From Promethearchaeota archaeon (GTDB lineage Archaea; Asgardarchaeota; Lokiarchaeia; Sigyniarchaeales; SOKP01), in assembly GCA_048937405.1 (NCBI GenBank), contig JBHLNF010000001.1, positions 160,001 through 224,000 of the forward strand: a DNA stretch of 64,000 nt, given 5' to 3'. The position numbers and the translations under genes were made by a program. Positions 30,889 to 40,401 of this stretch are shown piece after piece. Every line of letters starts with the position of its first letter. The first letter of the stretch is position 1. The notes beneath the pieces are model-generated. The model did not search any database. It was given only the letters and a program-made list of their open reading frames with translations, and was not told the DNA's origin.

Positions 30889-32007
30889 TTGAACGCTAAG
30901 GAACTTTGGAATTTCAAATACAATGCCCCTATTCTTGGAATTGAATTATGTGATATCAATAACAATGGAAAGTTAGAAATTATTGCTTTTACTAAAAATG
31001 GGATGTTATTATTCATATCACTTGATGGGAAATTGTTGCATAAAGAATTAGTATCGAAAAATTCACCACTTTGGCATATGAGAATACATGATATTGATAA
31101 TGATGGAAGACATGAATTAGTATTAGGTGGAATGGATGGAATATTAAGAATTTTTAAATGCAAATCTACTTATAATTTGGAACCTTTCTGGATACATAAA
31201 TTTAATTCCTCTATTAGCGGAATTCTAATAGAAGACATAAACGATAATAACTTCAATGAATTGATTATATTTTCACTTGATAAAACTTTAAGAGTTTTAA
31301 ATTCCTTAGATGGTAAATTAATATGGGGACAGATTTTTCAAGATGGTATAGCAGATGCGATAGTTTTTAAAAATAATAAAAAACATAATCATAAAGAAAT
31401 ATTAGCATGTGGAAATGACGGAACTATCAGATGCTATGAAGGGGTCAATGGAAAATTATTATGGTTTAAAAAATATTCTGATAAAATGCGAGTTATTACT
31501 TATATGAACACCATTAAGGGACAATTAGTTTTATCTGGAGGGGATGATAAGAAGCTTCATGTTTTAAATAAATTAACTCAAAATGAAATTAAGACTTTAC
31601 AATTTAATAATTATGTTTGGAAGTGTGTATCTTATCCATTTCCAATCTTAAATAATTGTCTAGTAAGTTCTTATTCATTTGCTTATTTTAATGAATCGAT
31701 ACAAATTAAAAATATTGAATTTACTTCAAAATTAGCTTGTTTTAATGAGTCTTTTAATACAAAATGGGACTTAAATGGCTATAATATTGAATGTTTAAAG
31801 ATAAGAAAAATTTATGAGAGAATTCTTATTATTGTTGGTACTACTAAAGGAAACCTTTTGATTATTGAAGAAGAAACAGGAAAAATAATATTTTTTGGAA
31901 ATTATAGTTCTTGTATAAATATGACTCAAATATGTGAAGAACAAAGACTAATTTTTACATGCCATGATAATGGAACTATTATTGCTCATCATTTGGAAAA
32001 AACGTAA
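30889..32007 (+). CDS. FG-GAP/WD40-like beta-propeller protein
   Basis: Repeats DINNNGKLE, DIDNDGRHELVLGGMDGILRIF, DINDNNFNE, GNDGTIRCY, GGDDKKLHV. Confidence 0.7.
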   Translation: MNAKELWNFKYNAPILGIELCDINNNGKLEIIAFTKNGMLLFISLDGKLLHKELVSKNSPLWHMRIHDIDNDGRHELVLGGMDGILRIFKCKSTYNLEPFWIHKFNSSISGILIEDINDNNFNELIIFSLDKTLRVLNSLDGKLIWGQIFQDGIADAIVFKNNKKHNHKEILACGNDGTIRCYEGVNGKLLWFKKYSDKMRVITYMNTIKGQLVLSGGDDKKLHVLNKLTQNEIKTLQFNNYVWKCVSYPFPILNNCLVSSYSFAYFNESIQIKNIEFTSKLACFNESFNTKWDLNGYNIECLKIRKIYERILIIVGTTKGNLLIIEEETGKIIFFGNYSSCINMTQICEEQRLIFTCHDNGTIIAHHLEKT

Positions 32008-32051
32008 AATATTATAATTTAAAATAAAAAAAAGAAAATTTTTATTAAAGC

Positions 32052-32375
32052 TTAATCTTCAGCTTCTTCTTCAGCTGCTAGCTCTTCCTCAAGTTCTTCT
32101 AATGGAACAGGTGCAGGGGTTGTTAACATGCTATACCCAATCCAAATAGCAATTATGGAAATAAGCAACACTAGAAGCCACATAGGTGCTACTACAAATA
32201 ATCTCCAATCAAGCCAATCGATCCCAAACAGATTAGTCCATTCATCCCACTCTCCAGTTTTAGGTGCCCAAACTGTTGTAAATAAGAGATCTAATATTGA
32301 ACCCATTGTATATATTATAGCAATTAAAATACCAACAATCATTACAATGGCGCCAATTATTTTATCCTTTGCCAT
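32052..32375 (-). CDS. 2-TM membrane protein with acidic tail, possibly DPM2-like
   Basis: DKIIG..IYT..P..WIGYSML pattern followed by TTPAPVPLEELEEE. Confidence 0.5.
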   Translation of the reverse strand: MAKDKIIGAIVMIVGILIAIIYTMGSILDLLFTTVWAPKTGEWDEWTNLFGIDWLDWRLFVVAPMWLLVLLISIIAIWIGYSMLTTPAPVPLEELEEELAAEEEAED

Positions 32376-32576
32376 AATTATAACCTTTTATTTTTTTTAT
32401 TTTTAGCAATAAATTGTTAAACATACAAATCATGCTTAATATTATTTTTAAAAAACTATTTAATTAAAACCATTCGATCATTCTATTAAATTGTAAATAT
32501 AAAATTCGGATGAACCCTAATTAGATTGTATATAGATAAAAAATAATTATAGATTATAAAAACAAACTCTGAATTT

Positions 32577-33539
32577 ATGCTTGAAGAAAATGGTTATGTT
32601 TTAATAATTGGTTCTAGTAATATGGATTTAAATATCTATTCCAAACGTTTTCCATATCCAGGAGAAACTGTAACAGGAGGGATATTTAAACAATTTCTAG
32701 GAGGAAAGGGTGCAAATCAAGCAGTAGCTTCTGTAAGATCAGGCTCTAAAACCATTTTTATAGGTAAAATCGGAGCTGACTTATTTGGTGATCAAATGGT
32801 TTCTAAATTGACAAGTGAAGGAATTAATATGGATCATATTATCAGAGATTCCAAAAATCCTAGTGGCGTTGCTTTCATTTTAGTCGATGAAAATGGTGAA
32901 AACATGATAAGCGTAGCACCTGGAGCTAATGTTAATCTAAAGCCAGAAGAAATTAGATCTAAAACTCAACTCATCAAAAATGCTAATTCAATTATAGTTC
33001 AAATGGAAATTCCAACAGAGACAATTCAAGAGATATTCAATATAGCTTCTGAAGGTAATTGTATCAAAATTTTAAACCCAGCCCCTTTAAAACCCCTTCC
33101 TATAGAGATTTTAAGGAATGTTGACATTATAATACCAAATGAAGGTGAACTCTATCAATTACATAACCAACTCGGATTTAAAAATATATTAGTCGAGGGT
33201 ATACAAAAAATTGTTCAAATTTCAAGGGATCTTGCTGATTTAGGAGTAGAATATATCATCACAACGTTAGGTAAGAAAGGCAGTATAATTTTTGAAAAAA
33301 AAATTAATAAATTCTATGAAATTGCAGCTCCGGCGGTTCACACTGTAGATACAGTCGGGGCTGGTGATTGTTTTATAGGAGTTTTGGCAAGTTTCTTAAA
33401 TAAAGGAGAAACAATTTTAAATGCTGTTAAATCTGCAACAGTAGCCGCTTCTATTGCAGTTACCAAAAAAGGTGCACAAGAATCAATGCCATATCTAAGC
33501 GAAATCCAAAAAAAACTTAAAGAATTTAATTTAAATTGA
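32577..33539 (+). CDS. rbsK: Ribokinase (PfkB family)
   Basis: GGKGANQA, LNPAP, PNEGE, DTVGAGDCF. Confidence 0.9.
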   Translation: MLEENGYVLIIGSSNMDLNIYSKRFPYPGETVTGGIFKQFLGGKGANQAVASVRSGSKTIFIGKIGADLFGDQMVSKLTSEGINMDHIIRDSKNPSGVAFILVDENGENMISVAPGANVNLKPEEIRSKTQLIKNANSIIVQMEIPTETIQEIFNIASEGNCIKILNPAPLKPLPIEILRNVDIIIPNEGELYQLHNQLGFKNILVEGIQKIVQISRDLADLGVEYIITTLGKKGSIIFEKKINKFYEIAAPAVHTVDTVGAGDCFIGVLASFLNKGETILNAVKSATVAASIAVTKKGAQESMPYLSEIQKKLKEFNLN

Positions 33540-34234
33540 AACTAAAAGGTTATATTTATTTGTTTAATGAAAATATTCCAATTAATAGAAGTACTTTATT
33601 AAGAAAAACACACTCTAAGGAGTTAATAATTGAAATAAATCCAAAACAGTTATCAGATATCTTTTTGATTAATGGCTCAGACTTTAAAACAAAAGGTATA
33701 AAAGAATCAGATTTAGTAATTAAACCTAATTCTTATTATATGATAGTAAACAAAGGAAAAAGATCATTAAATATTAAGTATAATCAAGATATCTCTAAAC
33801 ATCAAATAGTATATAATCCTTATAAATATGAAACCTCACAAAGAATACTTCTTGAATCCGATTGGTTTAAAGAACGATATTGTATCCCTAAAGGATATAT
33901 TAATATCCTTCCCAAGTGGTATAGCTTTAAATTTACTTATCTTGATTTTAATTTGATATTTATTCGACCAGAATTTGGTTTATCAATTCAAGTTCATAAG
34001 TATAGAAACGAATCATGGGAAATACTAGAAGGTAAACCTATAATTATCAGTGGAAGTGATGTATATTATTTTGTTGAAGCTGGTAGTACATTTCAAAATC
34101 CAATTAACACTTATCATTCTATTATTAATCCAAATAAAGATGAAAACAAATTTGTATTGATTAAAGAAAAATGGAATGGAAAATTTGATGAAAATGATAT
34201 AGATCGTGTTTTTAATCCAAATCACTTTGAATAA
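33536..34234 (+). CDS. Cupin protein (mannose-6-phosphate isomerase type II C-terminal-like)
   Basis: LSIQVHKYRNESWEILEG...YHSIIN...ENDIDRV. Confidence 0.55.
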   Translation: MKLKGYIYLFNENIPINRSTLLRKTHSKELIIEINPKQLSDIFLINGSDFKTKGIKESDLVIKPNSYYMIVNKGKRSLNIKYNQDISKHQIVYNPYKYETSQRILLESDWFKERYCIPKGYINILPKWYSFKFTYLDFNLIFIRPEFGLSIQVHKYRNESWEILEGKPIIISGSDVYYFVEAGSTFQNPINTYHSIINPNKDENKFVLIKEKWNGKFDENDIDRVFNPNHFE

Positions 34235-34240
34235 ATTGAT

Positions 34241-34267
34241 TTTTGTCTATGTAATGAGTAGACAAAA
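34241..34267 (+). terminator. Hairpin between the cupin gene and the ribosomal cluster
   Basis: TTTTGTCTAT-GTAATGA-GTAGACAAAA, 10-bp stem with one T-G pair; function not established. Confidence 0.3.
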
Positions 34268-34463
34268 TGCGGTTTCTAATTTAAGGGATAAAAATAATTG
34301 AGATTCTCTTCAAAATTACATCTAACACTTATAAGTTTTATGATTTTTACGTGCTTAACCTAAAAGTTAAAATTCAATTGAACACTAAAAACCTTACCGG
34401 AATATGATTTATCAGAAAAAATTTACGGAATAATATTAATGGAATAAGCAGATTGGTTAAAAA

Positions 34464-35039
34464 ATGGCTCCAGATGAAAAGTCTGACGAAAGAGAATCAG
34501 AAGAAATGGAAGAAACATCACATAGAGATTTAGAAAAAGATTCAAATTCAGAAAAAGACATTGAAAGTGAATCTGAAACAGAATCAAGGGAAGAATTAGA
34601 AGAAAAAGGAGAATTAGACACGGAAGCAGAGTTAGATAGACTTAGGTTTAAATATAGAGGATTTACAATAGATGAGTTGAAGAAAATGAATATGGATCAA
34701 TTCATACAATTATTACCTGCCAGAGCTAGACGTTCTTTAAAACGAGGATTACCTCCAAGACAAAAAAAATTGCTAGAAAGATTGAGACGGGCATATCGTG
34801 CTAAAAAAAGAGGTAAAGATTTGGTTACCAGAACCCATGTAAGAGACATGATCATCTTTCCTGAAATGGTTGGTCTTAAAATAGGTGTCTACAATGGCAA
34901 AATATTTGAAATTGTTGATATAAGGCCAGAAATGATTGGACACTATTTAGGCGAGTTTTCTCTTACAAGAAAAAGAATACAACATGGGTCTCCAGGAATC
35001 GGAGCCACCAGAAGTTCGAAATATGTTCCATTGAAATAA
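34464..35039 (+). CDS. rps19: 30S ribosomal protein uS19 with acidic N-terminal extension
   Basis: [40 protein letters not shown]. Confidence 0.97.
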   Translation: MAPDEKSDERESEEMEETSHRDLEKDSNSEKDIESESETESREELEEKGELDTEAELDRLRFKYRGFTIDELKKMNMDQFIQLLPARARRSLKRGLPPRQKKLLERLRRAYRAKKRGKDLVTRTHVRDMIIFPEMVGLKIGVYNGKIFEIVDIRPEMIGHYLGEFSLTRKRIQHGSPGIGATRSSKYVPLK

Positions 35040-35065
35040 TAATAAAATAAAAAGGTTGATGATAA

Positions 35066-35545
35066 TTGCCTAATTGGGGTTATTCTTTTGTAGAACAGAA
35101 ATATGATACAGATAGATTGGCAAAAGCATCTGGTAGGGATATTAGAATTAAACCTAAACATGCAAGAGAAATTTGTGCTGTAATTAAAGGTATGAAGGTA
35201 GAACAAGCAAAATCTTACTTAGAGAAAGTTATTAGTTTGGAGCAATCAGTACCTTTTAGAAGACATAAGAAAAAAGTACCACATAGAAAAGATCTAAAGC
35301 AATTTAAATGGTATGCTGGAAGATATCCACAAAAAGCAGCAGCCAGAATATATGAAATTCTTACTTCTGTTGAATCAAATGCAGAATATAAGGGTTTAGA
35401 TATTGATTTATGTAGGATCATTCACGCAGCAACACATAGAGGTAGAATAATAAAAAGAAACATCCCTAGAGCACATGGTCGAAGTACTGCAAAAAACAAG
35501 CATCTTTCACATGTAGAAATTGTTATTTACGAATTTCCAAGCTAG
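35066..35545 (+). CDS. rpl22: 50S ribosomal protein uL22
   Basis: KHAREIC, GRYPQKAA, PRAHGRS. Confidence 0.97.
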   Translation: MPNWGYSFVEQKYDTDRLAKASGRDIRIKPKHAREICAVIKGMKVEQAKSYLEKVISLEQSVPFRRHKKKVPHRKDLKQFKWYAGRYPQKAAARIYEILTSVESNAEYKGLDIDLCRIIHAATHRGRIIKRNIPRAHGRSTAKNKHLSHVEIVIYEFPS

Positions 35546-35596
35546 GTAAATTAATATTCAATTTGAAATAATAATTATGATAAAATTGATAGAAAT

Positions 35597-36391
35597 ATGA
35601 GTCCTCTAGTGAAAAACTTTATTGAACAAGGAATTAAGCTAATGCAAATAAATGAATATTTACGTTCAGAACTAGTTCGTGCAGGATTTGCAGGTGTTGA
35701 TTTACAACGAACACCATTAGGAGTTAGGATAACCTTAAAAACGAGTCGCCCCGGACTAGTAATTGGGAAGGGGGGAAAGAGAATTCAAGAAATTACAGAC
35801 GTTCTGCAAGACAGATTCGGACTTGAGATGCCTCAAATCGAAGTTGAGGAGGTGGCAGAACCAGATCTTGATGCTCAAATTATGGCAGAAAGATTGGCTT
35901 ATTCATTAGATAGAGGAAGACATTATAGAAGAGCAGGTTATTACATACTCAGAAAAGTAATGGATGCAGGAGCTCGTGGTGTAGAAATAATTATCTCTGG
36001 TAAAGTAACTTCTCAACGTGCTCGAGTTCAAATTTTTAGAGCAGGAACTATGTCCAAAAGTGGTCAAACAGCTCAAGAAGGAGTAGATAAGGGTGTTGCA
36101 CAATGTATACAGAAATCTGGAGTGTTGGGAATAATTGTGAAAATAATGCGAGCCAATACAAAAATGGGTGATGATATCCGAATCAAAGAAGATCTCTTAT
36201 CTAAAGCTCAAGCAGCAGAAGAATCTAAGCTAGTAAAAACACGAGCAGATTATGTGATTGAAGAGGAAAAAAAGGAAATTCTAAGCAAAGAAGATAAACA
36301 ATTGCTTGATGAAGTAGATGAGGAGGATACTTCCGAGATTTCATTAGATTCTGATAAAGAGATTGAAAAAATAGAATTAGATGATGAATAA
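35597..36391 (+). CDS. rps3: 30S ribosomal protein uS3 with acidic C-terminal tail
   Basis: RPGLVIGKGGKRI KH motif, GARGVEIIISGK. Confidence 0.97.
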   Translation: MSPLVKNFIEQGIKLMQINEYLRSELVRAGFAGVDLQRTPLGVRITLKTSRPGLVIGKGGKRIQEITDVLQDRFGLEMPQIEVEEVAEPDLDAQIMAERLAYSLDRGRHYRRAGYYILRKVMDAGARGVEIIISGKVTSQRARVQIFRAGTMSKSGQTAQEGVDKGVAQCIQKSGVLGIIVKIMRANTKMGDDIRIKEDLLSKAQAAEESKLVKTRADYVIEEEKKEILSKEDKQLLDEVDEEDTSEISLDSDKEIEKIELDDE

Positions 36392-36412
36392 GTATTGAAT
36401 AAGTGATTAAGA

Positions 36413-36613
36413 ATGGATATTATTATCGCAAAAAAAGTTCGAGAAATGGATGTTAGAGAAAGAGAAAGAACACTTTTGAATTTAAGAGAAGAATTGATGA
36501 TGCTTTACTCAATGCAAACTGGTGGTGGACTTGCTGATAATCCCGCCAAAGCAAAATTATTAAGAAAGCAAATTGCAAGAATATTAACAGTTTTAAATGA
36601 AGAAAAGCGATGA
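36413..36613 (+). CDS. rpl29: 50S ribosomal protein uL29
   Basis: NPAKAKLLRKQIARILTVLNE; operon position. Confidence 0.93.
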   Translation: MDIIIAKKVREMDVRERERTLLNLREELMMLYSMQTGGGLADNPAKAKLLRKQIARILTVLNEEKR

Positions 36614-36924
36614 TTGACCCAAAATATTTGATATATCATGATCTTATAGGATTTATTGCCTATATTAAGCCCAAATCAAAAATTAAGGATAATAAATTCT
36701 TAGATGTAGGTATAGTAATCGATGATACAAAAAATATGTTAATTACTGAGAAGGATAATAAAATTAGGAAATTTATCAAAAAAGATTACATATTTAGATT
36801 TAAGCTACCCCACCAAAAAAGTGAAGAAGAGGACTATTATCTAGAAGTGCAAGGTATTAGAATTGTTGGTTCTCCTATAAATAGACTAAGAAGTTTAAAG
36901 AAGAAGAGATGGTTAAAAGCATGA
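36610..36924 (+). CDS. rnp1: Ribonuclease P protein Rpp29/POP4
   Basis: HDLIG..GIVIDDTKNML..K..FRF..G..IVGSP..R; canonical position between uL29 and uS17. Confidence 0.85.
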   Translation: MIDPKYLIYHDLIGFIAYIKPKSKIKDNKFLDVGIVIDDTKNMLITEKDNKIRKFIKKDYIFRFKLPHQKSEEEDYYLEVQGIRIVGSPINRLRSLKKKRWLKA

Positions 36925-37277
36925 GTGATAATATTGGTATTCCTGGAGTAATTCCTCCAAAGATTAAGTCAGAAGAATGCAAAGATCTTTCTTGCCCATT
37001 TCATGGTAAAACAAGAATTAGAGGAAAAATTACCCAAGGAGTTGTAGTAAGCAAAAAATCTAAAAATACTATTATCATAAGGCGTGATTATGTTCAGTTT
37101 GTTAAAAAATATCAAAGATATGAACGTCGTAATACACGCTTAGCGTGTCATTTAACAGATTGTTTGAGTAATGAAATTCAAATCGGAGATTTAGTAAGAG
37201 TTGGTGAATCTAGAAAAATTTCGAAAACAAAAGCTTTTATAGTTCTCGGAAAAATTACAGGTGGGGGGGTGGTTTAA
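36909..37277 (+). CDS. rps17: 30S ribosomal protein uS17 (likely start ATG 36921)
   Basis: CKDLSCPFHG, KYQRYERR, ESRKISKTK. Confidence 0.96.
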   Translation: MVKSMSDNIGIPGVIPPKIKSEECKDLSCPFHGKTRIRGKITQGVVVSKKSKNTIIIRRDYVQFVKKYQRYERRNTRLACHLTDCLSNEIQIGDLVRVGESRKISKTKAFIVLGKITGGGVV

Positions 37278-37703
37278 ATGGGAACGAGAAGAAAACTAGG
37301 GAGAAAAACCTATACTAAATCACGCACTAGCTATGGTTTATGTAATGGATCAAAAATCTTGATTGCCGATAATTCTGGAGCTAAAATAGCTCAAATCATT
37401 AATGTAGATGGTTTCAAAACTAGATTAAGAAGATTACCAAAAGCTTCTGTTGGTAGTGTTTGTACCGTTACAATAAAGAAAGGTAAACCTGAATTAAGAG
37501 GAAATATAGTAAAAGCTGTAATTGTTAGACAAAAAATGATTTATAGACGACTAGATGGAACGAGACTTTGTTTTGAAGATAACGCTGGAGTAATAGTAAC
37601 GAAAGAAGGTGAACCGAAAGCAACAGAGATACGTGGTCCAATCGCACGAGAAGCTGCTGAAATGTTTCCAAGGTTAGCATCAATATCATCATTAATAATA
37701 TAA
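37278..37703 (+). CDS. rpl14: 50S ribosomal protein uL14
   Basis: ADNSGAK, AVIVRQK, FEDNAGVI. Confidence 0.97.
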   Translation: MGTRRKLGRKTYTKSRTSYGLCNGSKILIADNSGAKIAQIINVDGFKTRLRRLPKASVGSVCTVTIKKGKPELRGNIVKAVIVRQKMIYRRLDGTRLCFEDNAGVIVTKEGEPKATEIRGPIAREAAEMFPRLASISSLII

Positions 37704-37717
37704 TAAAAGGATTAAAA

Positions 37718-38146
37718 ATGAAAGTAAAATCAAAACATCCAAGTAAACAAAGAAAGGCATTATATAATTATAACAATCATCAAAGATCAAAATTAATAAG
37801 TACAAGGGTAGCAGATTTTCTTCGCGACGAATATGGAATAAAAAAGCTTCCTATTAGGGTTGGTGATCAAGTTCGAGTTTGTAGAGGTGAATTCAAGGAT
37901 TTTGAGGGAGAAGTTATAGAAATAACACGTAATCAAAGATGTAAAATTAAAGAATGTACTTTTGAAAAAACAGATGGAACTCAATTTAATCCTGGTATTC
38001 ATATTTCAAATTTAGTAATAACAAAATTTGCTAAAGAAAAGAACATGGATCCATGGCGTGCGGATATGATAGAAAGAAAAGCAGTATATGGTTTTTATAA
38101 GGAAGAAATTAAAGCACCAAAAAAGGAGAAGGAGGGCGAAAAATAA
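37718..38146 (+). CDS. rpl24: 50S ribosomal protein uL24
   Basis: PSKQRK, LPIRVGDQVRVCRGEFK, IHISNLVIT. Confidence 0.95.
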   Translation: MKVKSKHPSKQRKALYNYNNHQRSKLISTRVADFLRDEYGIKKLPIRVGDQVRVCRGEFKDFEGEVIEITRNQRCKIKECTFEKTDGTQFNPGIHISNLVITKFAKEKNMDPWRADMIERKAVYGFYKEEIKAPKKEKEGEK

Positions 38147-38149
38147 ACA

Positions 38150-38905
38150 ATGACGAGACATGGAGGCCAAAAATCTTTAAAAAGGTTAAATACTCCCGCT
38201 TTCTTACAAATTAAGAGAAAACATGGTACATTTTTCGTGAAACCTTCTCCTGGACCACATCCTAATAGACTTTGTCTACCTCTTTTACATATTGTTAGAG
38301 ATCTCCTTAAAATAGTCGATAATCATAGGGAAGCAAAAAAAATAATTGTAGCAGGACAATTCAAGGTTGATGGAAAAATAGTAAGAAATAAATCATACCC
38401 CCTAGGATTAATGGATGTACTATCAATTGTAAAACTAAACAAACATTATAGAATCTTACCAGATTCCCATCATGGGTTGATTTTACATGAGATTTCTGAA
38501 GAAGAAAGTACTTACAAATTATGCAGAATAAATAATAAAAAGACCGTCAAGGGAGGAAATATTCAGTTAAATCTACATGATGGAAGAAACATTTTAATTA
38601 AAGTTAAAGATCCCAAATCCCCAAAAGAGGATGTTTATAAAAGAATGGATGTCCTAAAAATATCCATTCCAGAACAAGAAATCCATAAAGTCTTAAAATT
38701 TAAAGAAAATAATATTGCAATCATTATATCTGGAAAAAACATTGGTCAAGTTGGAAAAATTATTAATATATTGAAAAGATTTGGCCCTAAAGCTAGTACA
38801 GTCTCAATTCAACATAATGGAGGTCATACTGAGACTTTATATGATTATACTTTCATTTTGGGAGAAGAGAATTTTGAAATAGACATACCCAACTTAAATA
38901 GCTAA
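38150..38905 (+). CDS. rps4e: 30S ribosomal protein eS4
   Basis: LKRLNTP, PSPGPH, GLMDVLSI, QLNLHDGRNI. Confidence 0.97.
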   Translation: MTRHGGQKSLKRLNTPAFLQIKRKHGTFFVKPSPGPHPNRLCLPLLHIVRDLLKIVDNHREAKKIIVAGQFKVDGKIVRNKSYPLGLMDVLSIVKLNKHYRILPDSHHGLILHEISEEESTYKLCRINNKKTVKGGNIQLNLHDGRNILIKVKDPKSPKEDVYKRMDVLKISIPEQEIHKVLKFKENNIAIIISGKNIGQVGKIINILKRFGPKASTVSIQHNGGHTETLYDYTFILGEENFEIDIPNLNS

Positions 38906-38921
38906 TAAAGTTTAAAATCAA

Positions 38922-39524
38922 GTGAAAAAAATGTCAAGTAAAACAAGATCGAAAATATCATCGGCTCTTTCAAAAGAATTTGAAGAAAAATGGAAAAATC
39001 CAATGAAAAAACCATATTTAGAAAAGCTAGTTTTAAATATAGGGGTTGGAGTTGGAGGGGAAGAGTTAGAGAAAGCTGTTAATGTTTTAGAAACAATTAC
39101 AGACCAAAAAGCAATTAAGACTACATCAAAAAAAAATGTGAAAGAATTTAATTTAAGAATAGGACGACCCATTGGTACGAAAGTAACTATTAGGGGTCAA
39201 GCTGCTGAGAAATTACTTAAAAGATTACTAATTGTTAATAATAATAAAATATTAAGAAAAAGTTTTGATAATTATGGTAATTTTGGTTTTGGAATAACCG
39301 AGCACATTTCTATTCCCGGTATTGAATATGATAATGCAATTGGGATATGGGGTTTGGATTGTGTAGGAAGAGTAGTTAGACCCGGAATGAGAGTAAAATC
39401 TAGACGAAAAGCTCGGACTAAAGTTCCAAAACATCATTATGTCTCACGACAAGAAACCCAATATTTTTTAGAACAAAATTTTGGAGTTGAAATTGTAGAA
39501 AAATTAGAATTAGAATATTTTTAA
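38922..39524 (+). CDS. rpl5: 50S ribosomal protein uL5
   Basis: NPMKKP..KLVLNIGVG, GTKVTIRG, GNFGFGITEHI. Confidence 0.97.
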   Translation: MKKMSSKTRSKISSALSKEFEEKWKNPMKKPYLEKLVLNIGVGVGGEELEKAVNVLETITDQKAIKTTSKKNVKEFNLRIGRPIGTKVTIRGQAAEKLLKRLLIVNNNKILRKSFDNYGNFGFGITEHISIPGIEYDNAIGIWGLDCVGRVVRPGMRVKSRRKARTKVPKHHYVSRQETQYFLEQNFGVEIVEKLELEYF

Positions 39525-39543
39525 TGAGTTTAGGTGAAATAAA

Positions 39544-39693
39544 ATACCACAAGGCAAACATTTCGGTAAAGGCCAGAGAGAATGTAGAAGATGTCATACT
39601 CATAGAGGAGTAATACGACGGTATGGATTATATATATGTAGAAGGTGCTTTTATGAAATAGGAAAAGATATTGGATTTAAAAGATTTGAGTAA
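39544..39693 (+). CDS. rps14: 30S ribosomal protein uS14 (Zn-binding type); not in ORF track, apparent ATA start
   Basis: (M)[48 protein letters not shown]; in-frame TGA at 39535 upstream with no ATG/GTG/TTG between; GGTGA 6 nt before ATA. Confidence 0.9.
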   Translation: MPQGKHFGKGQRECRRCHTHRGVIRRYGLYICRRCFYEIGKDIGFKRFE

Positions 39694-39713
39694 TAATTAG
39701 AATAAAAAAAAGT

Positions 39714-39869
39714 GTGAATATCTATGACAAATACCATAGCAGATGCTTGTTGTGCCCTTAAAAATGCAGAAAGAGCACGTAAAAAGGAAGTTATTATTAG
39801 CCCTGCTTCTAAGGTTCTTCAACAAATTCTTCGAATATTCCAAAGACAAGCATATATTGGAGAATTCGA
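39714..39869 (+). repeat. Left copy of a 156-bp imperfect direct repeat (uS8 RBS + first 49 codons); partner at 54740-54895
   Basis: Direct comparison gives 5 mismatches (tct/att in the spacer, ACA/CCA, CTT/CTC, GGA/GGC). Confidence 0.97.
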
Positions 39870-39885
39870 AGTCTGTTTATTATAA
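39724..39885 (+). pseudogene. rps8: Truncated 5' fragment of uS8 at the canonical position after uS14
   Basis: MTNTIADACCALKNAERARKKEVIISPASKVLQQILRIFQRQAYIGEFE then VCLL*; matches the intact copy except T2/P2. Confidence 0.93.
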
Positions 39886-40245
39886 ATATTTTAAAACTAA
39901 ATTTCTAAACTCCTGTACTTTTATAGGTTTTGATATATATTGATTAAAACCAGATGACATAATACGTTCCTTATCTCCTTTCATTGCAAAAGAAGTTACA
40001 GCAATTATTGGTATATCTTTGAATTTTTCGATTTTTCTTAAATTTGAACAAATTTCTGTACCGTTCATTTCTGGTAATTGAATGTCTAGAATAATTAAAT
40101 CTGGATTACCTGATTTGATTAATTCAAATCCTAAATCACCTCTAGTTTCTTCAAAAATTTCAATATCGGGTATTAAATTTAAAATTGCTTTAAATAGCTT
40201 CATATTTTTTTCATTATCCTCAATAACATACACACTTTTTTTCAT
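39880..40245 (-). CDS. Single-domain response regulator (CheY/DivK-like receiver)
   Basis: IEDNEKN, LIILDIQLPEMNG, AVTSFAM, YISKPI. Confidence 0.93.
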   Translation of the reverse strand: MKKSVYVIEDNEKNMKLFKAILNLIPDIEIFEETRGDLGFELIKSGNPDLIILDIQLPEMNGTEICSNLRKIEKFKDIPIIAVTSFAMKGDKERIMSSGFNQYISKPIKVQEFRNLVLKYL

Positions 40246-40401
40246 AAATCATTACCTACTTTTTTATTGAAACATAAAGAGAATTACGTGAATAATTCTT
40301 TTAAGGAAATTTTCACCTATGACTTCTAGATAAATCATTTTAGCTAAGATATATAAATTTTTAGAAATCTAAAATTGAAATAGAAGAATTGCAAATTGAT
40401 T

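Noticed and set aside
39524-39613. 29-codon ORF starting at the TAATG overlap with rpl5
   Set aside because: Not in the uS14 frame and unlike any protein; kept only as the frameshift alternative for the uS14 start
39743-39943. 66-aa ORF in the track
   Set aside because: Off-frame shadow of the truncated rps8 copy and antisense to the receiver gene
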